From Verrucomicrobiota bacterium (lineage in GTDB: Bacteria; Verrucomicrobiota; Verrucomicrobiia; Opitutales; Seribacteraceae), in contig JAQBYT010000044.1 of NCBI GenBank assembly GCA_027622665.1, forward strand, positions 1 through 31,339: a DNA stretch of 31,339 nt, given 5' to 3'. Positions 7,819 through 19,418 of this stretch are shown here, in pieces. The notes below the pieces were generated by a model that worked only from the letters and a program-made list of their open reading frames with translations, made no database searches and had not been told where the DNA came from. Made by a program: the position numbers and the translations under genes. Numbering within the stretch: position 1 is the stretch's first letter; each line of letters starts with the position of its first letter.

Positions 7819-8823
7819 ATGCTAAACGGCAAATCAATTCTTGTTACCGGAGGTACCGGTTCCTTTGGGCAACGTTTCATCAAGACGCTTCTTGATCGTT
7901 ACGAGCCCAATCGTGTCATTATCTATTCTCGAGACGAGTGGAAACAGTCTGAAATGGCTGCGAAACCTGAGTTTAAGAATTCTGCGGTTCGTTTTTTCCT
8001 AGGTGACGTGCGTGATGGTGATCGTTTGAATCGAGCCATGCGCGGAGTCGACTACATTGTGCATGCTGCAGCCCTCAAACAGGTTCCCGCCGCCGAGTAC
8101 AACCCGCACGAATTCATCAAGACGAATGTGAACGGGGCCACGAACGTCGTGGAGGCCGCATTGACTGCCGGTGTAAAAAAGGTGGTGGCTTTGAGTACGG
8201 ACAAAGCGGTGAATCCGGTCAATCTGTACGGAGCCACCAAGCTTTGTTCGGACAAGGTGTTCGTTGCCGCTAATAGCTATTCGGGAGAGGACGGCACTAC
8301 TTTCTCGGTCGTTCGCTACGGCAACGTCGTAGGATCTCGTGGAAGCGTAATCCCTCTTTTTTGCCGTCAACGTGAAAACGGAAAGATCACCGTGACCGAC
8401 CCCGACATGACGCGCTTTCTGATAACTCTGGATCAGGGAGTGGAGTTTGTTCTTCGAAGCTTGGACGTGATGGTGGGGGGCGAGCTATTCGTGCCAAAGA
8501 TTCCTGCGTGCACGGTTTCCGACATTGCCCAAGTCGTCGCTCCGGATTGCGAATGGGAAGTATTGGGTTTGCGACCGGGTGAAAAGGTGCACGAGGTACT
8601 CATACCCGAAGACGAAGCCCGTAACGTTCTGGAATTCGATGACCATTTCGTTATCCAGCCCATCCAGTCGTTCTGGGGGAATAAAATTGGAATTCTTGGG
8701 GGCGTTTCTTGTTCTCCGGGTTTCCGATATGCGAGTAACTGTAATTGCGAAACTTTCACTAGGGAGCAGTTGACCGCGCTTCTAGCCGAATACCTACCTG
8801 CCAATCGGCGGGAATCGGAATAA
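7819..8823 (+). CDS. pseB: UDP-N-acetylglucosamine 4,6-dehydratase (inverting)
   Basis: TGGTGSFG, YSRDEWKQ, HAAALKQVPAAEYNP, ALSTDKAVNPVNLYGATKL, RYGNVVGSRGSV, GLRPGEKVHE. Confidence 0.93.
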   Translation: MLNGKSILVTGGTGSFGQRFIKTLLDRYEPNRVIIYSRDEWKQSEMAAKPEFKNSAVRFFLGDVRDGDRLNRAMRGVDYIVHAAALKQVPAAEYNPHEFIKTNVNGATNVVEAALTAGVKKVVALSTDKAVNPVNLYGATKLCSDKVFVAANSYSGEDGTTFSVVRYGNVVGSRGSVIPLFCRQRENGKITVTDPDMTRFLITLDQGVEFVLRSLDVMVGGELFVPKIPACTVSDIAQVVAPDCEWEVLGLRPGEKVHEVLIPEDEARNVLEFDDHFVIQPIQSFWGNKIGILGGVSCSPGFRYASNCNCETFTREQLTALLAEYLPANRRESE

Positions 8824-8845
8824 TCCGGCTTTTCCCGCTTTTTCA

Positions 8846-9898
8846 ATGAACGGCAACCTCATAGTAGAGGCTCTCCGTTCCTCTTCCGTTCCGCCAGTCG
8901 TTGTGGCTGAGCTTTCGGGAAATCATCGTGGCGAACTCGACCATGCCTTGGGTCTCGTTGACGCCGCCGCCGATTCCGGAGCGGATGCGGTGAAGCTTCA
9001 GACCTATCGACCAGATACGATAACCATCGATTCTCGCGACGATCGTTTTTTGATTACCGAAGGGCTTTGGGCGGGACGATACCTTACCGATCTTTACGCA
9101 GAAGCCATGACACCCTGGGAATGGCATCCTGCCTTGGCTGATCGAGCCGCCGAACATGGTATGGCGCTTTTTAGTTCTCCTTTCGACGAGACGGCCGTCG
9201 ATTTCTTGGAGGCATCCATTGATCCGCCTCTTCACAAGATCGCATCCTTCGAGCTGAATCATTTTCCCTTACTTCGGAAGGTTGCCCGGACCGGTAAGCC
9301 GGTGGCGGCGAGTGTCGGCGCCTCGACCAGTGAGGAGATCGAAGAAGCCGTTGCCTTGCTCCGGGGCGAGGGGTGTCCTCTAGTCGTTCTACTCCAATGC
9401 GTGAGCCAGTATCCAGCCGATCCCAAGGATTTCAACCTTGCCAGCCTAGTAGAGTTGGCCGCTAAGTTCGATGTGCTGTCAGGGCTTTCCGATCATTCAT
9501 CGGGACACGTCGTACCTGTCGTGGCGACTACCCTTGGCGCCCGGTTGATTGAGAAGCATCTCGTTCTCGATCGAAATGACGGTTCGATTGACGCTGGTTT
9601 CTCAATGGAACCTCATGAGTTTCGAGACATGGTCGATGCGGTGCACTCGGCTCATGCCTCGTTGGGGGAACGGAGAATCGGCTTAAAGGACGGGAATGAT
9701 CCCTCCCGCCGCTTCCGCCGTTCCATCCTCGTTTCCAGTTCCATTCGGAAAGGAGAGGAACTCACTCCCGAAAACCTACGTATAGCTCGTCCTTCGGATG
9801 GTCTGTCGCCGGCTCGGTGGGATGAGGTTCTTGGCAAAGCGGCCGCTTGCGCCATGGAACCCGGACATCCCTTGGCTTTAGGAGACTGGGTCGAGTAG
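8846..9898 (+). CDS. pseI: Pseudaminic acid synthase (NeuB family, with C-terminal SAF/AFP-like domain)
   Basis: AELSGNHRG, DAVKLQTY, AMTPWEWH, FSSPFD, KIASFE, GLSDHS, IEKH, RRS; adjacent to pseB. Confidence 0.9.
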   Translation: MNGNLIVEALRSSSVPPVVVAELSGNHRGELDHALGLVDAAADSGADAVKLQTYRPDTITIDSRDDRFLITEGLWAGRYLTDLYAEAMTPWEWHPALADRAAEHGMALFSSPFDETAVDFLEASIDPPLHKIASFELNHFPLLRKVARTGKPVAASVGASTSEEIEEAVALLRGEGCPLVVLLQCVSQYPADPKDFNLASLVELAAKFDVLSGLSDHSSGHVVPVVATTLGARLIEKHLVLDRNDGSIDAGFSMEPHEFRDMVDAVHSAHASLGERRIGLKDGNDPSRRFRRSILVSSSIRKGEELTPENLRIARPSDGLSPARWDEVLGKAAACAMEPGHPLALGDWVE

Positions 9899-10055
9899 GT
9901 TTTTACTGAATAGGTCTTTTCCTGATTTTTAAAAAAAAGTCATCCTCATTTGGTAACCTGCGCTTTTTCGCGCTATATTCTATTGAAGGATGAGAGTGGC
10001 GTTGACTTGGGAGTTGAACGACCTGCCTTCTGAAATTCTACTATTTGGTGAGATT

Positions 10056-10304
10056 ATGGCGATTAAGTTAGGGACGGACATTGATACCATGGTAGTGCCC
10101 CGTTTTCGCGGCACCACCGATGAGTGCCTACGCAAGGCGTGCATCTGGGTGTCCGGCAATTGTCCCGGGCGCCGCCTGACTTTAGAGGAAATCGGCCGCA
10201 TTATGGGTGTTACTCGTGAGCGAGTCCGCCAGATCGAGGCCAGAGCCCTGCGTAAACTTAGGCATCCTTCGCGAATGAACATTCTCAACGAGTTGCGGTT
10301 TTAA
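10056..10304 (+). CDS. Stand-alone sigma70 region 4 (HTH) domain protein
   Basis: [32 protein letters not shown] matches RpoD region 4.2; no regions 2 or 3. Start uncertain (9990 or 10056). Confidence 0.75.
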   Translation: MAIKLGTDIDTMVVPRFRGTTDECLRKACIWVSGNCPGRRLTLEEIGRIMGVTRERVRQIEARALRKLRHPSRMNILNELRF

Positions 10305-10357
10305 GTTGTTTCGTCAGCGGGTCTGCCCATTTTTTAAACAACCTCGCATCGTCGGAT

Positions 10358-10858
10358 TTACGGGTGGATGATCAATTCGACTTTTCCCAACTGCAGGTTT
10401 CCATCACTTAAAAGGCGAGTACGCAGCCCCCCTTGCCCCATGAGGAACTTTTCGGTTCCCGGAGCTACGACTTCATCCATCCAGTAGCATGGAGTGCATT
10501 CCTGCACGCCTTCGAATTCAACCTCACCAAGCTTGAAGGATTTGCCTATAAGCGTGTTCAAGTCCAATCCGCGCATGAGCACGTTTCGGCGGTATACGTC
10601 AGGTGTATGATTTGAGCTGAATTTCTTTTGCACGGATTCATGGACGGATTCGTCAAAAAAAGTAACCTGCGCCTTGTAGTTGTCTTTAAAGCCGAAATAA
10701 CGATCCCCCCGGATTCCTTTGCCCGTTATGCATTCCACCCTTTCTTGCGAAGATACTTCATTGTGAGACCTACCTAAACCGTGGCGCCCTTTGAAGTCAT
10801 GTCCTTCTGAGATGAATAAAGCGACGATTTCGACGCGGCATACCATCTCTTGTACCAT
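10358..10858 (-). CDS. MOSC domain-containing protein
   Basis: GKGIRGDRYF, YRRNVLMRG, ECTPCYWM, GGLR motifs. Start could be 10846. Confidence 0.85.
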   Translation of the reverse strand: MVQEMVCRVEIVALFISEGHDFKGRHGLGRSHNEVSSQERVECITGKGIRGDRYFGFKDNYKAQVTFFDESVHESVQKKFSSNHTPDVYRRNVLMRGLDLNTLIGKSFKLGEVEFEGVQECTPCYWMDEVVAPGTEKFLMGQGGLRTRLLSDGNLQLGKVELIIHP

Positions 10859-10935
10859 GCAAAGATCGTATCTTCATGCAAAGTAATTTATTTTTGCTTG
10901 GCATTTGCAAGTAAGTAAATCTTCCTGTTCTGTTT

Positions 10936-12075
10936 GTGACCAAGTCTATTGAGTGTATATCGCGTGAGGACGCTTTCCTCGTACTGAACGGAATGCAAGG
11001 CGTCGGGCCGGTTATGCTGCGACGGTTGCTTGAGAGATTTAACGAGGACCCCGTATCGATTCTTCATTCATCGGAAGCGGAATTGATGAGTGTCAAAGGT
11101 GTCGGCCAAAAAGCGAAGTCGAGCATCCGAGGGTGGAGAGATGGCAATTGGCTGGAGCTGGAACGCGGCCGAATCGCCAAACATGGGGCCCGTTTCATGA
11201 CAGTCGAAGATGGGGATTATCCTCAAGCCCTTCTTGAGACTTTTGACCCACCTATAGGACTCTATTGCCAAGGTACTCCTCCTAGCGAACCTTGCGTCGC
11301 TATCGTCGGTACTCGGCAGCCCACGCTGTATGGGCAAAATATGGCTCGTCGTATTGCGTCGGGGCTGGCGAATAGTGGTTTTTGTGTTGTGAGTGGCATG
11401 GCTCGAGGGATCGATGCCGCTGCACACGAGGGAGCCTTGGAAGCTAGCGGTAGAACGGTTGCGGTTTTCGGTTGTGGTATAGACGTTATTTATCCACCGG
11501 AACATTTGGATCTTTATCGTCGCATCGTTGAGACGGGGGCAGTGGTTTCAGAGTTTCCCTTTGGCCGACGGGCCGATCGACAGACCTTTCCCATGCGCAA
11601 TCGCATAGTTGCAGGAATGTGCGCGGGAGTTGTCGTGGTAGAATCCTCGGCGGTCGGTGGCAGCATGATCACTGCTCGCTTTGCGGGCGAGCAGGGTAGG
11701 CAAGTGTTCGCCGTGCCCGGCCGAGCCGATCAACCCACCTCGGTCGGTTGCCACAAACTTATTCGCGACGGTGCCACCCTGGTGACCCATGCCGAACAGG
11801 TAATCGAGGAAATTGCTCCGAGTTTGGGCCTGTCTTGGGCTAGTTCGGTTTCGGACGGCGATTCCGACGTTTCTTCCGTCAAGACTGTTCCCGACGACCT
11901 TTCCTCTGCCGAGAGCACGGTTTACGCCTGCTTGAATGACGGGTCCATACTTACTTCTGATAGCCTGTGTGAGAGAACAAATATTCCTGTCCACGAGGTG
12001 GCTGCAGCACTTACCATGCTGGAACTGAAGCGACTGGTCTCTAGGTGTCCAGACGGTTCGTTCGAGGTGAGATAG
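10936..12075 (+). CDS. dprA: DNA-processing protein DprA
   Basis: VAIVGTR, VVSGMARGIDAAAHEGAL, FPMRNRIVAG, VFAVPG, GCHKLIRDGA and a C-terminal winged-helix (LTMLELK). Confidence 0.95.
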   Translation: MTKSIECISREDAFLVLNGMQGVGPVMLRRLLERFNEDPVSILHSSEAELMSVKGVGQKAKSSIRGWRDGNWLELERGRIAKHGARFMTVEDGDYPQALLETFDPPIGLYCQGTPPSEPCVAIVGTRQPTLYGQNMARRIASGLANSGFCVVSGMARGIDAAAHEGALEASGRTVAVFGCGIDVIYPPEHLDLYRRIVETGAVVSEFPFGRRADRQTFPMRNRIVAGMCAGVVVVESSAVGGSMITARFAGEQGRQVFAVPGRADQPTSVGCHKLIRDGATLVTHAEQVIEEIAPSLGLSWASSVSDGDSDVSSVKTVPDDLSSAESTVYACLNDGSILTSDSLCERTNIPVHEVAAALTMLELKRLVSRCPDGSFEVR

Positions 12076-12142
12076 ATCTTAGACTTTCACTCTTTTTACT
12101 TTGGCGTTGTTAGGTGCTTTGCCTTCGCGTAACAGTGCATCA

Positions 12143-13174
12143 ATGAAGGCACTCACCCTTGTAGATTACAAAAAATTCGAGTACGGAGACGTTACCGATC
12201 CAATCGTTGGAAAAAAAGACGTTCTCGTCGACGTGAAGGCATGCGGAATATGTGGCAGCGACGTGCACGGCATGGATGGCAGCACAGGTCGTCGTCGACC
12301 TCCGATCATCATGGGACACGAGGCTTCCGGTGTGGTTGTCGAAGTGGGTAGTGAGGTGACGGAGTGGAAATCCGGGGACCGAGTTACCTTTGACTCAACT
12401 ACCTATTGCGGGGAGTGTCATTATTGCAAGCAAGGCTTGGTTAATCTTTGTGGCAATCGTCAGGTGATTGGCGTCTCTTGTGAAGATTATAGGCGTCACG
12501 GCGCTTTTGCCGAGAGGGTTGTGATCCCGCATTTTGGAGTGTGTTCCATCCCGGACGAAGTGAGTTTTGAGCAAGCTGCATTGGCCGAACCCGTATCAAT
12601 TGCTTTACATGGAGTGAGTCGTCTGCCGATATCGGGTGGAGAAACGGGAGTGGTGGTCGGTACCGGGATGATCGGGCTGTTTCTCGTTCAAGCTCTGAAG
12701 GCAGCCGGTTGTGGTTATGTTTTCGCCATAGATTTGGCCGAGGACAAATTGGCTTTGGCTAGGGAGCTTGGGGCGGATCAAACCTTCGTTCCGGGAAAAG
12801 ACGACATTGTGGGCGCTGTTAAGGATGCAACAGATGGCGAGGGTGCTCATGTTTCCGTAGAGGCCGTGGGAGTTGCCGATACCGTCGGTTTGGCAATCGA
12901 AGTCTTGCGCAAGGGTGGGGCGACCTGTCTGGTTGGCAATTTGGCACCTGAAATTAATTTTCCTTTGCAGTCCGTAGTGACGCGTGAACTGTCGGTTTTA
13001 GGTTCCTGTGCTTCCGCTGGTGAATATTCTTTGGCTCTCGAGGCTGTGGCTTCAGGGAAAATCAAGGTAGACCCTATAATTAGTGCAGTGGCCGACCTAA
13101 AGGACGGCGCATCTTGGTTCGACCGGTTGCGAAACAATACGGAAGGTCTCCTGAAAGTCGTGTTGCAACCCTAG
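12143..13174 (+). CDS. Zinc-dependent polyol/sugar-acid dehydrogenase (MDR family; L-iditol / galactitol-1-phosphate dehydrogenase-like)
   Basis: CGICGSD, GHE, structural Zn site CGECHYC...C, GTGMIG. ATG at 12143. Confidence 0.88.
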   Translation: MKALTLVDYKKFEYGDVTDPIVGKKDVLVDVKACGICGSDVHGMDGSTGRRRPPIIMGHEASGVVVEVGSEVTEWKSGDRVTFDSTTYCGECHYCKQGLVNLCGNRQVIGVSCEDYRRHGAFAERVVIPHFGVCSIPDEVSFEQAALAEPVSIALHGVSRLPISGGETGVVVGTGMIGLFLVQALKAAGCGYVFAIDLAEDKLALARELGADQTFVPGKDDIVGAVKDATDGEGAHVSVEAVGVADTVGLAIEVLRKGGATCLVGNLAPEINFPLQSVVTRELSVLGSCASAGEYSLALEAVASGKIKVDPIISAVADLKDGASWFDRLRNNTEGLLKVVLQP

Positions 13175-13281
13175 GTCTTCTTTTGAACAAACTCCATCGG
13201 TCTTTGCATTTACGGTTTGCAGTTCTCCGTTTACGGTTTTGAGTACTCTCAAACCTTGTTTATCGAATACATAGAGTCGTC

Positions 13282-14823
13282 ATGAGCCTTCCCATTCTCG
13301 AATTCACTGCATCTTCCAATATCGATACCTGGCCGCTAGTCATTCTTGGAGTCAGTGTGGTATGGGTCGTAATCGGCATAACGAAACTGAAGCTTCATCC
13401 CTTCCTTACCTTGATGCTCGCTGCGATCCTTGTCGGATTGATGACGGGCCCGCTGCCGGAGTTGACTACTGAAAACAAAGGTCTTTTTCATTCTCGCGTT
13501 CAATTGGACGACACCGCCGGTGAACCCACGAGTGATTTGGGTAAGGCAGTAAAATGGTCTTTACTGGGTTTCGGCAATACCGCGGGTGGAATTGGACTGG
13601 TTGTGGCATTGGCCGCAATCATCGGAACTTGTATGATGGGTAGTGGTGCCGCTGATCGAGTGGTGCGTTCTCTTATGCGCGTATTTGGCGAAAAGCGAGC
13701 CGGCATAGTGCTCTTGCTTAGCGGCTTTCTACTCTCGATACCGGTTTTTTTCGACACGGTCTTCTTTTTGCTCATTCCCTTGGCCCGGGCGTTAGCCCTG
13801 CGAACGGGAAAAAATTATACCATGTACGTAATCGCTATGGCTGGAGCAGGTGCCATTACACATTCCATGGTGCCGCCCACTCCCGGACCACTGATGATTG
13901 CAGACGGACTGAAACTGGATCTGGGTTATGCCATGATGGCCGGACTTGTGGCTAGTATCTTGCCTGCTTTTTTGGTCCTGAAAATGGCAGCTTGGTTTGA
14001 CGCCAAGTACCAGATCCCGATGCGAGACGTAGCAGGAACCTCCAAGGAGGAACTCCGCAAGATCGTCGATAAGAAGGACGACGAGTTGCCTCCCCTTTTC
14101 TTTTCCTCTCTTCCCATTGCCTTGCCCGTTGTCTTAATCTCCCTCGTCTCCATCTTGAAACTGCTGATGAAGACGTCCGATGCGGGAAGCTTTCTACAGT
14201 CGGAAGGTTACCTTTCTTTCTTTGAATACTTGTCCTTCTTCGGGAACCCGAACGTTGCCATGTCTTGTGCTGCGGGAATCGCGATATGGCTTCTTGGCAA
14301 ACAGTTGGCTCGAGAGCATCGAGGACCCGGGGGGGATTTTTCCAAAAAACTGAGTTCAGCTTTGGAAGGTCCACTGGGTATGGCGGGTGTAATCATTTTA
14401 ATAACTGGAGCGGGAGGTGCATTTGGAGGTATGATTCGTCTAGCCGGGGTAGGGGACGTCATCGAGGGTATGGCCAAGGAATTCAATATTTCCTATGTTC
14501 TGCTTGCTTGGTTGGCCACGGCAGTGGTTCGTATTGCTCAAGGATCCGCAACGGTTGCCATGATAACCGGAGTGGGCTTGATGTCGGCCGTAATCGGCGA
14601 CGGTTCGGACTTGGCTTACCATCCCGTCTATATCTTTTTGGCGATTGGATTCGGCTCAATAACACTTTCCTGGATGAACGATAGCGGTTTCTGGGTGGTT
14701 CAGCGATTGAGTGGATTCACGGAAAAGGAAACCTTGAAGACATGGTCTGTTTTGTTGACGGCTATTTCATTACTTGGCTTGGTCATGATTCTCCCTGCTT
14801 CCATTCTCCTGCCAATGAGGTAG
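13282..14823 (+). CDS. GntP family gluconate/sugar-acid permease
   Basis: KLHPFL, SIPVFFD, HSMVPPTPGP, RIAQGSATVAM, SWMNDSGFW; multiple transmembrane segments. Confidence 0.92.
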   Translation: MSLPILEFTASSNIDTWPLVILGVSVVWVVIGITKLKLHPFLTLMLAAILVGLMTGPLPELTTENKGLFHSRVQLDDTAGEPTSDLGKAVKWSLLGFGNTAGGIGLVVALAAIIGTCMMGSGAADRVVRSLMRVFGEKRAGIVLLLSGFLLSIPVFFDTVFFLLIPLARALALRTGKNYTMYVIAMAGAGAITHSMVPPTPGPLMIADGLKLDLGYAMMAGLVASILPAFLVLKMAAWFDAKYQIPMRDVAGTSKEELRKIVDKKDDELPPLFFSSLPIALPVVLISLVSILKLLMKTSDAGSFLQSEGYLSFFEYLSFFGNPNVAMSCAAGIAIWLLGKQLAREHRGPGGDFSKKLSSALEGPLGMAGVIILITGAGGAFGGMIRLAGVGDVIEGMAKEFNISYVLLAWLATAVVRIAQGSATVAMITGVGLMSAVIGDGSDLAYHPVYIFLAIGFGSITLSWMNDSGFWVVQRLSGFTEKETLKTWSVLLTAISLLGLVMILPASILLPMR

Positions 14824-14857
14824 TTTCCTTATTATAAATCCAAAAGACGAAATCAAT

Positions 14858-15718
14858 ATGAAGCGACGCCAATTTATTCAGAAATCGAGTGCCGTCGGTT
14901 TGGTTGGAGTGATCGGCACCGCGAATGCCCAAACAGTCGAGGAAGATCCGAAACCGGAGTTTCGCGGACGAATTTACAAGTCGGTCAAGTACGGGGGCAG
15001 AGTGAATCTTGATCGCCTTAAAAAATTGAAGGAACTGGGTTTCGACGGGGTGGAAGGTTCCGCCCCGGGAATGGATCTCGTCGGCTTGAATAAGGCTTGC
15101 TCCGAGGTAGGACTGCCCATGCACGGGGTTGTCTATAATAAGCACTGGAAGATGCGTCTCTCCTCACCTGAGGAGGAAGTTCGCGAGATAGGACGCAAGG
15201 GACTCGAGGACGCTATTCGCGAGTCCAAGGCGGTAGGTGGTTCGTCCGTCCTGCTCGTGCCGGGAGCGGTGAAAGGCAAGGAGGAGACTCACGACCAAGT
15301 CTGGGAGCGTTCCATTGCCGAGATTCGCAAGGTCTTGCCGTTGGCGAGCCACTTGGGCATCCGTGTCCTGATCGAGACGGTTTGGAATGGTTTCTGTTAT
15401 AAGCCGGAACAATTTCGCGACTATCTCGATGCAATCGATAACCCTTGGGTCGGAGCCTACTATGACATCGGAAATATGCAGAAGTTTGCCCCTAGTCATG
15501 AATGGATTCGCGTACTTGGATCAAGGATCGTTAAATTGGACGTCAAGGACTGGGGAGTGAAGAATGGTTTTTGCCCACTCGGACAAGGTGACGTCGACTG
15601 GATGCAAGTTCGTAGGGAATTATCGAAAATCGAGTTTTCGGGTTGGGTCACTCGCGAAGGCAGTGACGGTGGCGACGAAAAGACTGCGGTTCTGATGAAC
15701 CGATTACTTGGACTTTAA
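14858..15718 (+). CDS. Xylose-isomerase-like TIM barrel (sugar phosphate isomerase/epimerase family) with Tat signal peptide
   Basis: MKRRQFIQK...ANA signal peptide; GFDGVE, IETVWN, YYDIGN, KLDVKD, GDVDW motifs. Confidence 0.85.
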   Translation: MKRRQFIQKSSAVGLVGVIGTANAQTVEEDPKPEFRGRIYKSVKYGGRVNLDRLKKLKELGFDGVEGSAPGMDLVGLNKACSEVGLPMHGVVYNKHWKMRLSSPEEEVREIGRKGLEDAIRESKAVGGSSVLLVPGAVKGKEETHDQVWERSIAEIRKVLPLASHLGIRVLIETVWNGFCYKPEQFRDYLDAIDNPWVGAYYDIGNMQKFAPSHEWIRVLGSRIVKLDVKDWGVKNGFCPLGQGDVDWMQVRRELSKIEFSGWVTREGSDGGDEKTAVLMNRLLGL

Positions 15719-15739
15719 TCCCTTTCGCTCGCAATTTTG

Positions 15740-15768
15740 TTGCATTAACTTCCCTAGTTTCCTTTAAT
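15740..15768 (+). promoter_or_regulatory. Putative sigma70 promoter of the thi operon
   Basis: TTGCAT-N17-TTTAAT, placing the transcription start a few nt before the riboswitch P1. Confidence 0.5.
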
Positions 15769-15780
15769 CGGAATGAAACA

Positions 15781-18091
<2,311 letters not shown>

Positions 18092-18098
18092 CTTTTCG

Positions 18099-18767
18099 AT
18101 GGAAGTGATTCTGATTTCTTCGCCGAGTAAGAAAAAAAACGAGGCTTCTACGATCCGAAGAATCTTCGAAATGGGCCTGTCTCGGTTCCATGTACGGAAA
18201 CCAGATTGGTCTTTGGACGAACTTCGGGGATTTCTTAATGAATTTCCTGACGAGTGCATTGAGAGAACGGTGATTCACAGAAGACCCGAGCTGTTGACGG
18301 AATATCCATTTGCGGGGTATCATTTGTCTTCGAAAGAGCAATATCTGGGAAAAGAGGTTGATGGGACAATTAGCCGATCGTTCCATCACCTTGATGAGTT
18401 GAGTACTTCCAAGGAAAAACTCGACTATGCCTTTCTTGGTCCCATTTTCGATTCGGTATCAAAGCAGGGTTATAATTCTGCATTTCCCGCTTCAGAACTT
18501 AGGTCGTTTTTTGTCGACCGTCGAAAATTGGGTGTCGAACTTCCACGAATCGTAGCCTTGGGAGGTATCGTGCCCGAAAAAGTAAGGGTGTCGCTTTCAT
18601 TGGGTTTCGATGGGGTTGCTGCTCTTGGTGGAGTGTGGGGAAGTCGCTATCCGCAAAAGGCATTTATGCGATACCGAACGGCTATTCCATCGCGCAGTGG
18701 TCCGGAAAACAGTTCTTGGCTTGAGGATATTGCAACGAATGGAAAAAAGGACTCTTCGAGACCATGA
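18099..18767 (+). CDS. ThiE/TenI-like TIM barrel paralog
   Basis: FHVRKP, SRSFH, DYAFLGPIFDSVSKQGY, ALGGI, GVAALG; lies within the thi operon. Confidence 0.8.
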   Translation: MEVILISSPSKKKNEASTIRRIFEMGLSRFHVRKPDWSLDELRGFLNEFPDECIERTVIHRRPELLTEYPFAGYHLSSKEQYLGKEVDGTISRSFHHLDELSTSKEKLDYAFLGPIFDSVSKQGYNSAFPASELRSFFVDRRKLGVELPRIVALGGIVPEKVRVSLSLGFDGVAALGGVWGSRYPQKAFMRYRTAIPSRSGPENSSWLEDIATNGKKDSSRP

Positions 18768-19408
18768 ATTTACCTCGATTTCAATGTCTGACGACTGATT
18801 TATCAGAGGTTTCCCACGCCGAACAGACTCGAGCTTTTTGCGACGCCGGCGCTCGCTGGGTACAGATTCGTTCGAAATCCCTCTCGTTCTCTGAATACCT
18901 TTATGCAGCCGAGTCCTCCGCTAGTGTATGTCAAGAGTTTGACGCGGTTTTCATCGTAAACGATTCGTCCGAGGTAGCTTTGCGTGCTCAAGCCGATGGG
19001 GTTCACCTCGGAAGTAATGACCTCTCGCCCCAATTGGCTCGTGATATACTTGGGCCTGACATTCTGATTGGCGGTACCGTAAACTCAATGACGGATGCCG
19101 AGGTTTTAGTTGCCGATGGCGTTTGCGATTATGCTGGAGTGGGACCTTTCCGTTATACGGGGACGAAGCAAAATCTCGCTCCTGTCTTGGATTCAGAAGA
19201 ATTACGGTCCATAATCCTTACACTAGGAACTATTCCCTCTTTTGTGATTGGGGGTGTAGAACCGAATGATGCCGACAAAGTTTTGTCTTTTGGTGCCTAT
19301 GGCATGGCAGCCTGCAACGCTTTATTTGAGGAAGGGAACCCTTCCGCTTGTGGTATTCGTCGGTTTGTCGATGCGGTCAACAACTCATCTTCCATCTTAG
19401 CCGCCTAA
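18764..19408 (+). CDS. thiE: Thiamine-phosphate synthase
   Basis: [35 protein letters not shown] motifs. Confidence 0.9.
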   Translation: MNLPRFQCLTTDLSEVSHAEQTRAFCDAGARWVQIRSKSLSFSEYLYAAESSASVCQEFDAVFIVNDSSEVALRAQADGVHLGSNDLSPQLARDILGPDILIGGTVNSMTDAEVLVADGVCDYAGVGPFRYTGTKQNLAPVLDSEELRSIILTLGTIPSFVIGGVEPNDADKVLSFGAYGMAACNALFEEGNPSACGIRRFVDAVNNSSSILAA

Positions 19409-19418
19409 GGAGTGGATC

